From assembly GCA_031835245.2 (NCBI GenBank), contig JAVKOQ020000046.1, positions 186,001 to 250,000 on the forward strand: DNA of 64,000 bases. Direction: 5' to 3'. The notes below the pieces were generated by a model that worked only from the letters and a program-made list of their open reading frames with translations, was not told where the DNA came from and did not search any database. Below, in pieces: positions 23,985 to 37,784 of this stretch. How positions within the stretch are numbered: the first letter of the stretch is position 1; every line of letters starts with the position of its first letter. The position numbers and the translations under genes were made by a program. The stretch is from Balamuthia mandrillaris. Lineage: Eukaryota.

Positions 23985-24157
23985 TGTTAACCTTAACCTT
24001 GTTTTTGCTTTTGTGCGTGGTCTCTCGGTTTAAAAACAAAGAAAGAAAGAAAACGAAAACCGTTTCTTATTGATAATGTGATCTTTCTTGCATGAGAGGG
24101 CCACCCCCTGTGCTGCTCCGCACATTATGATCAATTAGATGAACAACAAAGGCGTGT

Positions 24158-26922
24158 TTATAGACCACGGGAAGAAGAAGGCATGCGGGAGGCAGATGAG
24201 GAGGAAGAAGAGGTATTGGGTAAGATCCAGGAGGCCGTCTTCAGGCTCCTCGCCAAGCTTCTCCGCTCCTCCGCCTTTTCCTGCATGTGCAGCAGCTTCT
24301 CTTGCACGTACTCCGCATGAGCGGTGGAGTTGCAGTAGACCATTCGTACGTCGGAGCCAGCGCCCACCGTTGTGGCGTACTCCAGGAAACTGCTGCTGGA
24401 GGCTTGTGTCAAGTAGATTTGAACGCCATACTTTGTTATCTCACACTTTTTAAAGTCTGTAGGCAAAACCAAATGTGGTCAGTTTTAAAAAATAAAGATT
24501 AGAGTGAAATAAAGGATTAAGAAAGCAAAACTTGAGAAGAACATACGATTGATTGGGAAGAACCAAAGGATTTTTTTGGGGTTATCGTGGTCGAGGTAAA
24601 GCACGTGCTTGTCCGAGATGAGAAGGATGTTGAGGGCAGGTCCTTTGCCCTCTCCCATGACATGAGTCTCGTATTCTTCCTTTCGGAACCGTTCGTCATC
24701 CAGCTTCATCAAGAGTGTCTTTCCTTCCGATTTCTCAGGATTGTATGGCCGCAATACTTTATCCTTTCCGATATACCTAATAACGTGGAAAGAAACAACA
24801 AAATAGATAGATAAGAATCATAAAACAAAATAAACATATACATTCTCAAAACAAAAAAAAAAAAAGCCAAAACAGAAACAGAAACAAAAAATAACATGAA
24901 AAAGAAACAAAAACAAACCTTGGAGATCTGATGCGTTCACGTTGTGTCCTATCAAAATAAACGGCAGTGTTACGAATACCATCCGTGGTTTGTGAGAGCA
25001 GGTCAAAGGTGCCAGCGATAGGTTTGGCCGCCACTCCCACTACTCCTCTGCCCACTCCCTTGACGAACCCTTCAAAGCCTTGTTTCTCTGCTCCTTTAAT
25101 GGGCTGTACAACCACGCCGGTGGCGCCCTTCCAAAGACCTAGACCGAAGTCGCGCACTCCGTAGGCAAGACCTTCGACAGCGTGCTTGGGTTTCTCACGT
25201 TGAGATATTTCTCGTTCTTTCAGATAGTCGGCATCAAAAGAAAGCGTTGCCGCGCCCTACGATAAGAAAAAACAAAAGAAAGAAAGAAAGTAGGTTTAGT
25301 TATGGGAAAGTCAGCACCAGAAGGAAGGCGGATAAATAAATGAATATAAATCATGATAGCTAAACCAGAAAGAAAATGTACCTTGCCAATACTTCCAGAG
25401 AACTTGCTAGCAGTGTTGAAGAGACCATGAACAGTATTTTTGATGAGAGAGGTGGTGCCTTTGGCCAAACCCATGCCAAAATCTTGAGGACTCTTAACAA
25501 GACCTTGAGCTGGTTCGTAGAAGAAGTCATGTACACCTGTTCCCAAGTTGTTTACCAGAGATACAGGAGAGCCCAAGAAATCAAAGGACCCAAGGATGGA
25601 ATAAACTTGCTGGATCGCTTGTGCTGTATAATGGCCCTTCAATCTTACAATAAAGTCTTCTCTTGTTGAGAAAACGTATTCCAACAACAATGCACTATTA
25701 AATAGAAGCTGTAAGAAAAGGAGACAGAGGCACAGAAACAAGAAAGAGAGCGAGAGAGAGAGAGTTTACTTGAGATGAATGGGAGCGTTTTCGATAGTGG
25801 TCAGAGCGCCACCAGAAAAGCTTAGAACCTTGTTCAAAGGACTGTCGGACTGAACGCCCGAAGTGGAAAGGAAGGAGAGGGTGCAAGCGATGGGATTAAG
25901 ATGGAACAGGCCCACGTAAAGCATTTTTGATTCTAAAGAAGACTTGGAGGGTGCAAATTGGGAGGTCAACTCGTAACCATTAAATTCTGACAAAGCCTAC
26001 AAAAAGAAACACAGCAATGGGTTAGACATAAGCTACAGAAGAAGAAGAAGAACAAGAAGAAGAAGAAGAAGAAGAAGAAGAAGAAGAACAAGAAGAAGAA
26101 GAACAAGAAGAAGAAGAAGAACAAGAAGAAGAAGAAGAAGAAGAAGAAGAAGAAGAAGAAGAAGAAGAAGAAGAAGAAGATGACGACGACAACAAGATGA
26201 CAAACAAAAGCAAAGCATGACAAAAGATAAACCAAAGGTACCTTTTCTGCTGCAACTAAATTTCTATTACTAGGCTCCAGCTTTTGCTTTTCTAACGCTT
26301 TGTTGGCGCGCACTTTCATAAGTTCTTCTCCAGTGCTCTTCCTCTGATTACTAAGGTCAGAGGTCTTGATTTGGTCATCCTTGATTTCTTTGATGAGCTC
26401 GTCTTCCGATTCCTGTCCCTTCACGTAGGATGACTGTCGCACCACTTCTATAAAGTCCAACAGCTTTAACAAGAGCTCGCTCTCCACCTGAACGTCCATT
26501 TCTTGCATGGCAAAACCGATGTATTTGAAGTAGTCCACGTCTTCGTTGGTTATCACTTTCACCACGCTACAATGAATAAAGTTTACGTTGGTCTTGTTTT
26601 CTTCTTGACCAGAAGTCGATGATCCGCTGCCTCCTGTTCCCTTTCTCTCCTTGAAGATGGGATACAAAAGAACGGGATAACGGGCGTTGTAGAGCTGATT
26701 GTCAATTTGTACAGTGGAAACGGTCAACTCGAACTTTTGATGCAGGTTGGAGAGGATGACGTCCATGTTAAGGTGGCCAAGACTTGCGTGGATTAGCTCT
26801 TGTGGGGTATCATCAATAACGGAGATACCAATGCCACCAAGAGAGCAATGAAGCTCTAGCTCTACGACTTCATCTTGCAGTAATCCAACGACTTGGCCCT
26901 CTGTTGATTCAAATGAGTAAAC

Positions 26923-26962
<40 letters not shown>

Positions 26963-29673
26963 ACGTTTGGAAGAAGCGCCAAATATGTCTGTATCTTCGT
27001 AGCGATGCTTAGGCGTGTTGAGATCGGTGATACGCAGCACTTTGGTGGGACCGGAAGCCAAAACCTCCACCCAAATCTCTCTGACCTCTCTGTATTTGCT
27101 CTTTCCAATACGAATATTGAACTTGCTAAATTCATCCAAACTGGCCTCACGAACCACGTTGGTGCCTTCGACTTTAAAGACCACCTTGCGCAGCTCAGGT
27201 GGAACGGTGGGCTCATCCCACGCGAAGGGCACGCTCGTATGCGGAGGTATCTTCATGTATCGAGGGCCTTGCGTTTTGTACGTGTAGTAGTTCTCGGCCT
27301 CTTTTTGTTGCACAAACAATGTCTCGTCTGCTCTGTTCTCTATCCGGTACATGGGATACTTTTCGCTTTCGTTCTTGAAGATGACAAACATGGTGGCATT
27401 TTCCAATTTGACCTCCATTCGAACCAGGAAGCTTTGACTGGATTCTCTGCCAATTTTTAAAGAAGAAAATAGGAATAGTATAAGAAGTAAGAAAGGAGAG
27501 AGAGAGACAGAGAGACAGAGAGGCAGAGAGGCAGAGAGGCAGAGAGGCAGAGAGGCAGAGAGGCAGAGAGGCAGAGACAGAGACAGAGACAGAGAGGCAG
27601 AGACAGAGACAGAGACAGAGAGGCAGAGACAGAGACAGAGACAGAGACAGAGAGGCAGAGGCAGATACGAAAGCAACAAAAAGAAAAACCAAAAACAATG
27701 AAGTCATGAGGAAAAGCGGTGAAGAAAGTACCCAGATGGACTGGTGGCAGACTTCTTGTTGAGTTTAATGCAACTCTGTCCCAATTCGCTGACGGAGAAA
27801 GAACCAGACCAATAATAAGCTGAGTCCTCTAACGTGATCTTGAGGTGCTTTTCCTTCTTGTCCTTGTCCACCCAAGCAAACGGCAGACACTCTCCTGGGA
27901 AAAGAGAGAACACGTCGTTGGTACCAACTTGATTGTAGAACAGCGTCTCATCCAACTTGTTCACCAACACTCTGTGGTGACAAAACTCGACAATCTTGGT
28001 TCGCCAGAACTTGTCAGGGCCAGGGTTAATGCTAAGGCCGAGACTAAACTCGCGAACGGTGGCTGTCTTGCTGTTCGACTTGGCTCCATCGCTGAGACTG
28101 ACCGTACCCACGAAAGATTGAGCACTCAAGGGAATGCCTTGGCTCCACTGACTGTTGGCTAGTTTAAGCTGTAGCTTTTGGCCCACGATATCGAAATGGT
28201 TGAAGGAATACATGAAGGGCTTCAAGTTCTCGCTACTCCAATCCTCAAAGAACCACTCCCTGGGCTCTCCTTTCAGGTCCCAAATAGGAGAATTACGAGT
28301 GGAAGAGTTGTGTGTGTTCTCAATGTCTTTGCTGGTGACCGAGGAGTAGTCCCTGCTGTTATAGTCAAACTCGGCGTACTGCCCAGCAGCCACTTTGCGT
28401 GTAGCAGAAGAGGAGGTGAACTGGCGATAGAGCAGACGGAGGCCGGTCTTGTTGATAAGCCAGTAGTCGCACCAGAAGCGGAGATGGTTGATGCCAGTCT
28501 CCATGTTTACTTTGTTGAGGATGTTGAAGCGCAGGGTGCGCTTGTCAGGATCTAACAACTCCACTTTATCGGGAACATCCCATTTGATAGGGAAATAGGC
28601 GCTCCAATTAAAACCTAGTAATAATACAAAATGTTTCAGCAAAAAAGGAAGTAAGAACGAAAAGATGGGAGCGACAAAAATACCATTGATGCGGACAGAC
28701 ATCAGCAACGTTTTGTTGATGTCAAATTGATGGAAGTCCACTTTCTCTCCAGTCATCAGCCGGCATCTAAAAAAGCAGTTTCTGTCATCATCTCTTTGTG
28801 AGGCAGGCGCCTGTCCATCTACCACCTTAAGCTCCATAGAAGATGCCAACAAGTTCTGGAAGCGGAAAGGAGGATGGACTTCAATGGTGTGATAATGCTT
28901 TCTGTGCTTCTCATCTGGTGAAGCAGGTCCCACCAAGTTTCTCACTGAAGTCCATCGTCCAAGTGCTCCCTTATCTTGAGCATCGCTGCTGGATGATGCC
29001 TCATCTTTACCATTCGTCTCTGTTGCTTTCTTGAGCTCATCTTCCTCTTCCCTATCAATGGAGACCAGGTAGACAAAAGGCTTGTCTATGGCGGTCTTCG
29101 GGTCGCAGGTCATCACCCCAGTCTTCTTGGAGAGGTGTGTGGCCTGTAAGGCCTGCTTCGTCCATGTGTTGCTCAGCCCTTTCGGTCGCATGCGTATGGT
29201 GCCCATACTGGCAAAGGCCAAGGGAAGACTGGTCGAGCTATGAGGAGCCACGAGTATAGGAGCATTATTGGTGACGGCAGCGCCATAAAGCGAGGAAGCA
29301 GCAGATACCAGCGAAGAGGCGTTGTCGCGTCTATTGTTTGTAGGAGCAGACGCAGTTAAGGCACCTTCCGATTCGGGGTTAAGCTCCACGAAGACCTCGA
29401 TGGGATGGTTGGTGTCATTGCTGACTTTGATATTACTGCGGAAATGAAGCAGCTTGCTGCCTCTACGATAGCTGACCTCGTACAGAGCTTTGATGTGCTT
29501 GGATTGGGGAGCGATGTCCAGCACATGTAGGCCCAAGGAGTCCATTGAGATATTGTGAATGGGCACGAACTCGCCTTCTATCTGCACCGAAAGCGTTGCG
29601 CCTGCTCTTCGGTCCTTCTTTGACAGATTTCTATAAATGCATATGACTCTAGTTAATGGTTGTTCCTGACGCC

Positions 29674-29706
<33 letters not shown>

Positions 29707-32700
29707 AGAGAAGGAGAGATGAAGCAAACTTACCGTCGTATCTTCTTATGTGGATAAGTGATGGGGACAGGTTCTTCCATGCCCTGCTCTAGGACATGAA
29801 TGTCTTTCTTATTGTTGCTAAGCCAGTACCACATGGTCTGTCCGGTGTCGTTCTTGATGTAATACGGGTGGTACTGCACTCGTTGGACCGAGGAAGTGTC
29901 GTAGAAAGACGTATCATCGAGAATTTCCAACGTTTGCATCACAATATCCACAAAAGCACGGGTGATGTTAACTTGGGCCACATCCTTCCCTCTTAAACTT
30001 ATAGTTTGGCCGGTTCCATGTTTGCTAATTTTGAGAGGAAGTATAAGTAAGTGGTGAATGAAACATAAATAAGCCACGAAATGTACCTGTACTTCAATTG
30101 GAACTGCCAGGTCTCCAATACAGGTTCCCACACCTCCAGCTTGCCGTTGAAGTAGTTGACGTGAATCTGAGTATCAACCCAGGCCTGCAAGAGAGACGAC
30201 CAGTCGCTAACATCCACAGCGCTTTGTGCCAGATTGACCTCCACCAGAGGCGTATTTTGACCCATAAAGTCGTTAATGAGATTGACGACCACACCTCCAC
30301 TGTGCAACTGAAGTTTTTGGTGCTGCTTCGGTTTAAGAGGTTGTTGCCGTTGACGTATGGTATCTTCGTTTGTCTTTCCAGCAGGTACGACCGAAGTACC
30401 CGATGAGTTGTCCACCTCTTCTTGTACAACCTCTTTGCCTTTCTCGTCACCACTGTCGGCAGCACCAGTTACCGCTTCCCCTGCTCCATATGGACTGGTA
30501 GTTCCATCTGTTCCAGCCTCAATTGCCAGTTGTTGTTGAGGTGGCGCCAAGAACTTGAGCCATTTGTCCAAGATGGCGAAAGCCAGTTTGTAGTCCTTGA
30601 TGGAGATGATGATTTGCATCTGTTGAATCTCTATTACGATGTCACAACGATCGACGGGGAATTTGGCCTGCTTGTAGATGACTTGCATGTCTAATGGCTC
30701 CAGTATGGACACTTCTTCTTCAGTGCAGAAGCGAACGATCTGGAAACGTTGCAAAGTGGCCGATTTGCTCTCTTCAAGTTCTGTTGCTTTCTCGTTAACA
30801 ACAGCGATAACCTTTTCCTTCTCCTTCTCCGCTTTCAATGATCCCCCACGTGGTTGACCCAAATTCTTGGCCTCGGGCTTGAAGCGACACTTGCAAAGCT
30901 CCAACTTCCGTGTTACAAGACGAACTTCTTGCATTGCTTCATCCATTTGATGCTCGTTCTTGAAAATGGCTTGGGATTGTGCAAAGTTGAGTTGGAATTT
31001 CGAACGCACAACGAATCCTCGTGTATCGAGTTGATCCGAATCCTCCAACAAGCAAATCTCAGGATTCGTGACAACCACTTTCATATCCAAGGAAGAAGTG
31101 CCACTCTTGTTCCCTGCTTTGTCATCTTCTTTAGAGGAGGAAGTTGAAGCCTTGTTCCTGTCGTCTTCTGAGGAAGGGTTCATTCGTTCCAAAACCTTTT
31201 GGAGGGCGTTGGACATGCGAATGCCCCAATCTTTCAAGGCAAAGAGTGGCTCTGGAACGGCAAAGATCCGGGGTCTATCTACAGTGATTTCTATCTGCTG
31301 CGAGGCATGTTCGACCTCTTCTCCAGCGGTCCAGCCGTCTTCTCCAGCTTCAGCGATCCTCTTGGCGGCTTTCTTGAAGTAATGCACAGAGATTTCTTTG
31401 AGTGGTGGTGCTGCTACCTCTAAAGCAGAAGCAGAGGAAGAAGGCGCTGACGGGGAGGCAGTATCATCATCGATGTTGGAGTGGGTACTCAAGATTTGAC
31501 GGAAGCGGTTTTGGGTCTGTACTCGGGTATCGTTGAGAGTGACACTCTGCAGCTGTACATCGCAAACCATGGACGAGTCCGACTTTTGGGTGAACTCCAC
31601 GATGAGCTCGTTTGCAAAGACTGAGGCCAGAGAAGAAGAGACCAGCCTGACTGCCACTTCATCTTTATCTTCTGTTTCTTCTCCTATAGCTCCTTGTTTG
31701 GAGATAGAGTTCGCATCAGACTTGAGAGGAGTGAACCCGTTTCCTTCGAGAACTTCTACTTCAAGAGCATCAAGCATAACCACGACTTGAAGCGTATTCC
31801 AGACCTCGTAGACGCCCACCTCCGTATCTTGCAGCACAGTTGTAATCGTAAAGTCATCCTGATCGTCTGCATCTATGAGAGCCAAAGGAGAACAGCAGCA
31901 ATTAAAAGAAAAAAAAAACGTAAACAGAAAGATGAAAAAAAAACACACCTTGTTCTGAGTTAGCATTACCACTTTTTAGCAGTTGGAGAATACCATCTTT
32001 GCCATACAGTTCCTCCAAATTGTCTTCTACAATGCGGAATACAGCATATGTTTGTTCTTCCATAATAGCAATGTTGATCTGCAGGAAAATCGCATCGCTA
32101 AGTTGTTAGTTTCTTTACAACCAAGAAACATTTCAAACAAAAATCTACCTTTTGAATGGCTATAGTTAGCTTTTGATCAACAAACTCGTGAAGAGGATTT
32201 TTGAGCGGTCGTTCTAAAGACACGTCCAAGTCAATGTCCTTCACGATCTTCGAGTAGACCCTTCCGTCTTCGGAAATGTCATCAACAGAGCCTCCCGCTG
32301 GCATGCCTTCTTTCGGACGATGGCCAGACTTTAAGTGAAGTTCTTGAATTTGAAGAGTAATCTTTTCGAATACGGTGTTGTCTTCGTCGCCAGCAAACTC
32401 GGGAAGCAACAGCCTATCCGTTTCTGTCAATTCAGCTTCCTCCACTGATTCCGTAAACTTGGTTCCAGCTGATTCCACCGCCTCATACTTATTCAGCAGA
32501 GAAATGTTACCAAGATTGAGAACGATGACCTCATCAGAGTCGCATCGCTTGGGGATTACAACGTGAGGGTTGTGTATGCTAATATCAAAGTGGAACAGCT
32601 TTTTGGTTTCGCTAAGGTTTTGTGCTGCCTGCTTCGCGCTTTCAGCAGCAGCTTGGGCTGTGCTTGACATGAGAGTTTGCATTTCTTTTATTTCCGTGCC

Positions 32701-35700
32701 ATAGAGAATGAGCTCGTAGAAGAACTTTTGTATGAGAGTCATTTGAATGGAGTTCATTTTCATTTGAATAGCAAGATCATGTCCTTTTGATTGTTAAATA
32801 ATATAAGAAATTGGGATGAAATTCATTATCGGGAAGAAAAAGGGATGTACCTGGATAGGGCGTTGTAATATCATCCGCGTTATAGGTTTCCAGTGAGAAA
32901 GAAACCATTTTCTTCCCTTGAATGCTAATTATTTCCTCGTACAATGTGTTCGGGGTGTTATAATCCAATACTATGTGTTTTTTTTTTGAAAAGCGTTATA
33001 TTGAGAGAGAGAGAGAGAGAGAGAGAAAAAGGGAGGGGGAGAGAGAGAGAGAGAGAGAGAGAAGAGAGGGATGTCGCAGTAGCAAGAGTTCGAATATACC
33101 TCTGAGACTACCAAGTTTTCCTTCCATACGCATCGTTTTGTTAGCGCGAATGTCCATATGCATTCTCGAGGACCGCAGGAAGAATTCCGCCATGCAGAAA
33201 CCCTTTTTGTTAAGCCCAAGCTTCACTTGACCAAGATGTATGCCCACTTTGATAGCACCACCAGCAGCTTGAGGTTCATCATTATCCAACTCATTCCCGC
33301 CACTCGTCTCTAGTAGTGCTCTGCCCTCTGGTGTTTCCGGCGCGTTTTGTTGGACAGAAGCTTCCGCCGGTTGCATTTGTTTCAGTTTTTCTGCGCTTTC
33401 CTCTGCGCTCTTAAGCTGATCCAATATATTAGCATTTACAAACAACATGAGTGCTACCACTGTCTCTCGATTAAACATTACACCTAAATCCCCTAATCTC
33501 AGCTCTAATAAAAACAAAACGAAAGTTAGCGACTCATAAGGAGTCAATGAGCTACAACATACCAATAACTTGATCTACGCCATCGTATTCAGGCGACTCT
33601 CGGCTGGTGTTGAGGTAGTCCAGATGAAGGACAGGATCCGAGGAGGAGTCCTCCTGATTACTGGCAAGCAGATACTGGAAATCCTTTCCCCATGGCTGCA
33701 TCTTGTCCTGGATCTCCAATCTTGCAAAAATAATAACGTAACGTGTAAGGGAAAAAATGATGTTTTTTTTTTTTGAGTGATAAAAGTACCTTTCCATAAC
33801 TACCATGGCAATCATATCAAAGCTTCTCTTGACGAACGTTACGCTGATATCTTTCAAGCTAAGCACCACAAATTCAACTTCGTCCTCCCCGTCTTCCGTT
33901 TCTCCCTCTGCTAGGAAAGATGTAGTGGGTGGCGAATAGAACAGAGCAAGTTGTCGCTCCTTCGATACTCGGACAGTAATCTCTGGAATGACAAAGAAAA
34001 GTTCCAACACTTTCTTCTCCAAAAGACTTTGCAATTTAAGTTTTCGTTCTTCCAGCCTAGATAATGTTCACAGCCAAAAATTAGAACTAAAATCAAATGA
34101 CAACAACAAAGGGATAGTACTCTTGTTGCGAAGCAGGTGTGCCGAGCAGTGCTGTTCGCCTTCTACTTGCCTCGATTGCTTCTCTCTTAGCTTTGTTCTT
34201 GGCATCTACAGCGGTAGCTGAAGTGGAACTAGCAAAACCTTGTTGTTCAGCAGATTCTTTGTCGTTATCCCGTTGAGACATAGCATCCAGAACCGCCTTA
34301 AGAATTGCAAAAAACTCTCTGCATTGTCTGGATGATATGACCAGTTGCAACGATGGCAGACTGCCTGAAATTCTACAAATAAGTTGTGAAAATGTTAGCG
34401 TAAGGTCACCAAAAAGAGCAAAATAGAGGGAACGCACTTGAGCTTTGTAAATGCGTCCGAGTTGAGTGCGCAAAGCTGTAAACATAAGTTGACATCAAAA
34501 CTTGGAATAATTTGCATTCGTTTCAATGTTTTGTCCGTCAAGGCCTTTCTGTTTGATCCCCAATTGCTGTCGCTTTGGGTCAACAGCGCCTGTAGCGAAG
34601 TGAGGTTCAGCAAGAAGCGGTCGTAAAAGTCTTCCTCCTTGATTCCAATGTCTTCCGAGGAATCGCCCTTTTCTCTTTTTGCCAGTTTCTTGTTTCGCTC
34701 TTTTTCGTTGCCTTGAAGCTGGCTTTGAACAGATAAATGACCCAGATCAAGCACCAGCATCGGGCAACTCTCAGCCGTAAAGCTTTGAGGAACTAAAATG
34801 TTTGGGGCCTACATTTTTTTACGTAGTGAGAAAAAACGGAAATAGAGAAGAACAAGTAGAAGAGGAGGTACGTACAGCAACGTTAACATTTATGTCCATG
34901 ACTTTCTTTTTATCCAAGGCCCAACGGAAGCGATTCATGGTAGTTTGTCGCATTTCTTCCCACTGGCGTACAGCTTGCAGCTGCAGATTCTGAAGCGCTT
35001 TGGTATCTCTTGTTTGAAAGAATTGCACGATCTTGTCTACTAGACTCATGTTCAGCACCACATTCAACGGCTTCATATCCAAACCCAGCCTAAAGTCCAC
35101 GTTAGGATCGTCCACTGGCTTCATGTCGAAGGCCAATTGAAGAAAATGTTCTTTGTTGCTGCTTGCCCCCTTTCCTTCTTTCTGTTTTCCTGAATTTTCA
35201 CTGTCCTCATCTTGTTGAAACACAGGGAATATGATACGAGGAAAGCGCGTTCCATCTGTATAAAAGTCATGTACATCGGCGGATCGCAGCTTGCCTCCAA
35301 ACTTGAGTTGTGATTATTGAGGTTAACTTAGATCCGCAGAAAGATTACAAAAGGAGGTTTTAAAGCACTTACACTCATTGAGTCCTCTCGCATTTTTAGG
35401 GCGAGATCAAACTCTTTGAACAAGGCCTGCACGATATCCAGCTCGTTTTCGTCCCCAACCTTTTTCTCCACATAACCTCCTTCCACTTGTACCAAGTGGC
35501 TACCACGCAAGGTGAGCGAACCGGTGTCCAAGCGAAATCCAATTTTGGTTTTAATGTACTGCAGAGAGAGAGAGAGGTTAGCATGGTTGGATTCACCAAA
35601 TTGCAAAATACTTCGCCATGTACCTCTTTTGGAATTTCGGTGGGTGACTTCTTTTTCACATCTTCTTGCTCCACGATTTTGTACAAATCTTTCCATAGCT

Positions 35701-37266
35701 CATCGGTGAGTTCCAGCCCAGACTCTTGCAGTTGTGGGCCACCTCCCCACCAGCTAGACAGCCAACCACCACCCTTAGCTTTGGTGGCTTTGCCTTGCTG
35801 CTCAAGAAGGGCTTGATCTTTCTTCCAAAAGGCTTTTGCCAAGGAACGGAACAGTACGATTTGCTCATAACTAAGCTTTCGTTCTAGTTCTGCCAGTATA
35901 CCTTGCTCCTCGGTACCCAGCTGCAAATTACGTCAGCAGTTGAAAAAACAAAAGTGCGTTGTAAACTAAAAACAAACCGTCTTTTTGAATGCTTCGAGCT
36001 TGAGTTTATTCTTGTAGAGTTGAACATACGTTCGTCGATCTTGCATAGCTTGCTTAATGTGGGTAACGTTCCATCGCTTTCGCTCCTCACGCACATCCTG
36101 CAAGATCGAATCGACTAACAACAAAACCTAAGTCAGCAAAACCTCAGAAACCAGAGAAAAAAGAGTAGAACAGCTATTCAAACCAGCAAACTTCCACCAT
36201 GCTTTTGGATCATTAGATGGAGCAACAGTTGGGCGGAATTGTCGGTAATTAGCACCTCGACTATACCGTGAGAAGCTTTCCAACATCTCCATTAAGTCTT
36301 GGTATTGGTTTTGTTCTAACACCAACGCGATCTGGTCAAACATGAACTCCAATGCGAACTTAGGAACTTTCATGTCCGGTATATCGCTTTTGTTCAGCAC
36401 GGCCTACAGAGCAACGTTCAAGGAAAGGGGGCAAAGATATATTAGAAATTTGATTGTCGGCCGTAGCTCTCGACTTCTCATTCTCGTGAAACAGAAAGCA
36501 ACATACCCGAAGGGTACTGGAAATTGGTTTGAGAATATAGTGATGATGAGGTGCGGGCTTTGAGTCTTGGAAAGTCTGTAGTCGTTTAAACGGTTAAAAA
36601 AGAAGTAAATGAAGATTATCCATGTAGCATGAAAAAGGCTCACCAATGCATCCAACTGCTTGGATAAATCCGTTTCGTTATCATAGTTGATGAAAGGAGC
36701 GTTGGAGTTCCAATAAACAGCAAAGTTTTTCAAAGATACTAGCTTGTGTACCAGTTGTTCATTCGTTTGCAGGAAGGTAGGATTCCAGTTGGAATCCGTT
36801 GATTGAGCGTGTAAGGACTCTAGAGTGATTCCAAACACGAATGGTCGCTATTGTATGAGGTCATCCCGCAGCACCGAAATCAGCCCGCAAAGTTAGAAAG
36901 GAGAAAGGAAGAGAGAGGGGAGCAGAGAGAAGATTACAGTGGGATTTGTCCTATCGTCTTCATAGCGAATGTGCACTTTGTCAATAAATATCTGCAAGTT
37001 GTCCACCACTTTAGTAATAAGGCGCTTAGTAAAGCCGTCGTCGTCCTTCTTCTGCTGTGGGGTAGCCTGCTCTTGTCCATCTGGAACAGAACAAGCCCAC
37101 AATAAGTTCGTTGTTAGGCAATGCTTGCCTAGAAAAGACAGGAGCAATACAGACCATCTTTGCTGCTGAGAAGCTCGCTTAGCAGCAGTTTTTTTTGCTT
37201 CGTGTTTTGGGCTTTAGCTTCCGCTTCCTCCGGATCATATATCTGTTGTCCGAATGCCTCTTAATA

Positions 37267-37310
<44 letters not shown>

Positions 37311-37784
37311 GACAAGTAGGTGGGAGGGGGGAGCACAGAGAAGAGAAGCAGAACGCTAAGCAGAGAGAAGAGAAGCAGTTACCTCGCTGGCGTGAGCTGG
37401 ACCCGCCACAAGAAACAAGTTTTTCAGTCGTATAATGGCAGGCTTGCTGCCCAGGTTTGACCAAGGGATCGACATGTGCAGTTTTCCCAACAACCCTTTG
37501 GGACACGCCCAAAAAACACAACAAAAGAAAAAAAAAAAAAAGAGCACGTAGTGGAGCGATAAGCACACATCTTTTTTTGCTGCGCTGTGGGAAGGAGAAT
37601 AAAACATACCCGCTTTAAGCACTATGGGGAGGTCGAGATCAGCCAGGGCCTCCTTCTTGAGCTCAAGGTTGTTAAGAGCCACCTCTCCGCCAGCGATCCT
37701 GATTTGCAGGTTCTCCCTCTCCAGGCCCTTCACATAGTCGCCGAGGTAAGTGGCCAGAATCGTGGAGACAATGCCCTCTAACAT
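24158..37784 (-). CDS. VPS13: VPS13-family bridge-like lipid transfer protein, multi-exon
   Basis: Chorein_N start MLEGIVSTILATYLGDYVKGLERENLQIRIAGGEVALNNLELKKEAL; VVDNLQIFIDKVHIRYED; YFNGKLEVWEPVLE; VAB/SHR-BD region (YWLINKTGLRL, YRIENR, FAWDEP); QIDNQL; LGSFDFLGSPVSL...GVHDFFYEP; GFVKGVGRGVVGVAAKP; C-terminal PH-like exon. Confidence 0.96.
26038..26180. repeat. Intronic (GAA)n trinucleotide repeat with CAA interruptions
   Basis: Directly visible in a VPS13 intron (TTC on the sense strand). Confidence 0.95.
27496..27665. repeat. Intronic (GAGACA/GAGAGGCA)n microsatellite
   Basis: Directly visible in a VPS13 intron; same family as the 5938-6220 repeat in the opposite orientation. Confidence 0.9.

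Noticed and set aside
24069..24135. Imperfect hairpin (ATAATGTG/CACATTAT) just past the VPS13 stop, considered as SECIS or H/ACA RNA
   Set aside because: No in-frame TGA or SECIS core was seen, and spacing to an H/ACA box does not fit.
26022..26255. Poly-Ser, poly-Leu and poly-Phe ORFs
   Set aside because: Arise from the (GAA)n intron repeat.
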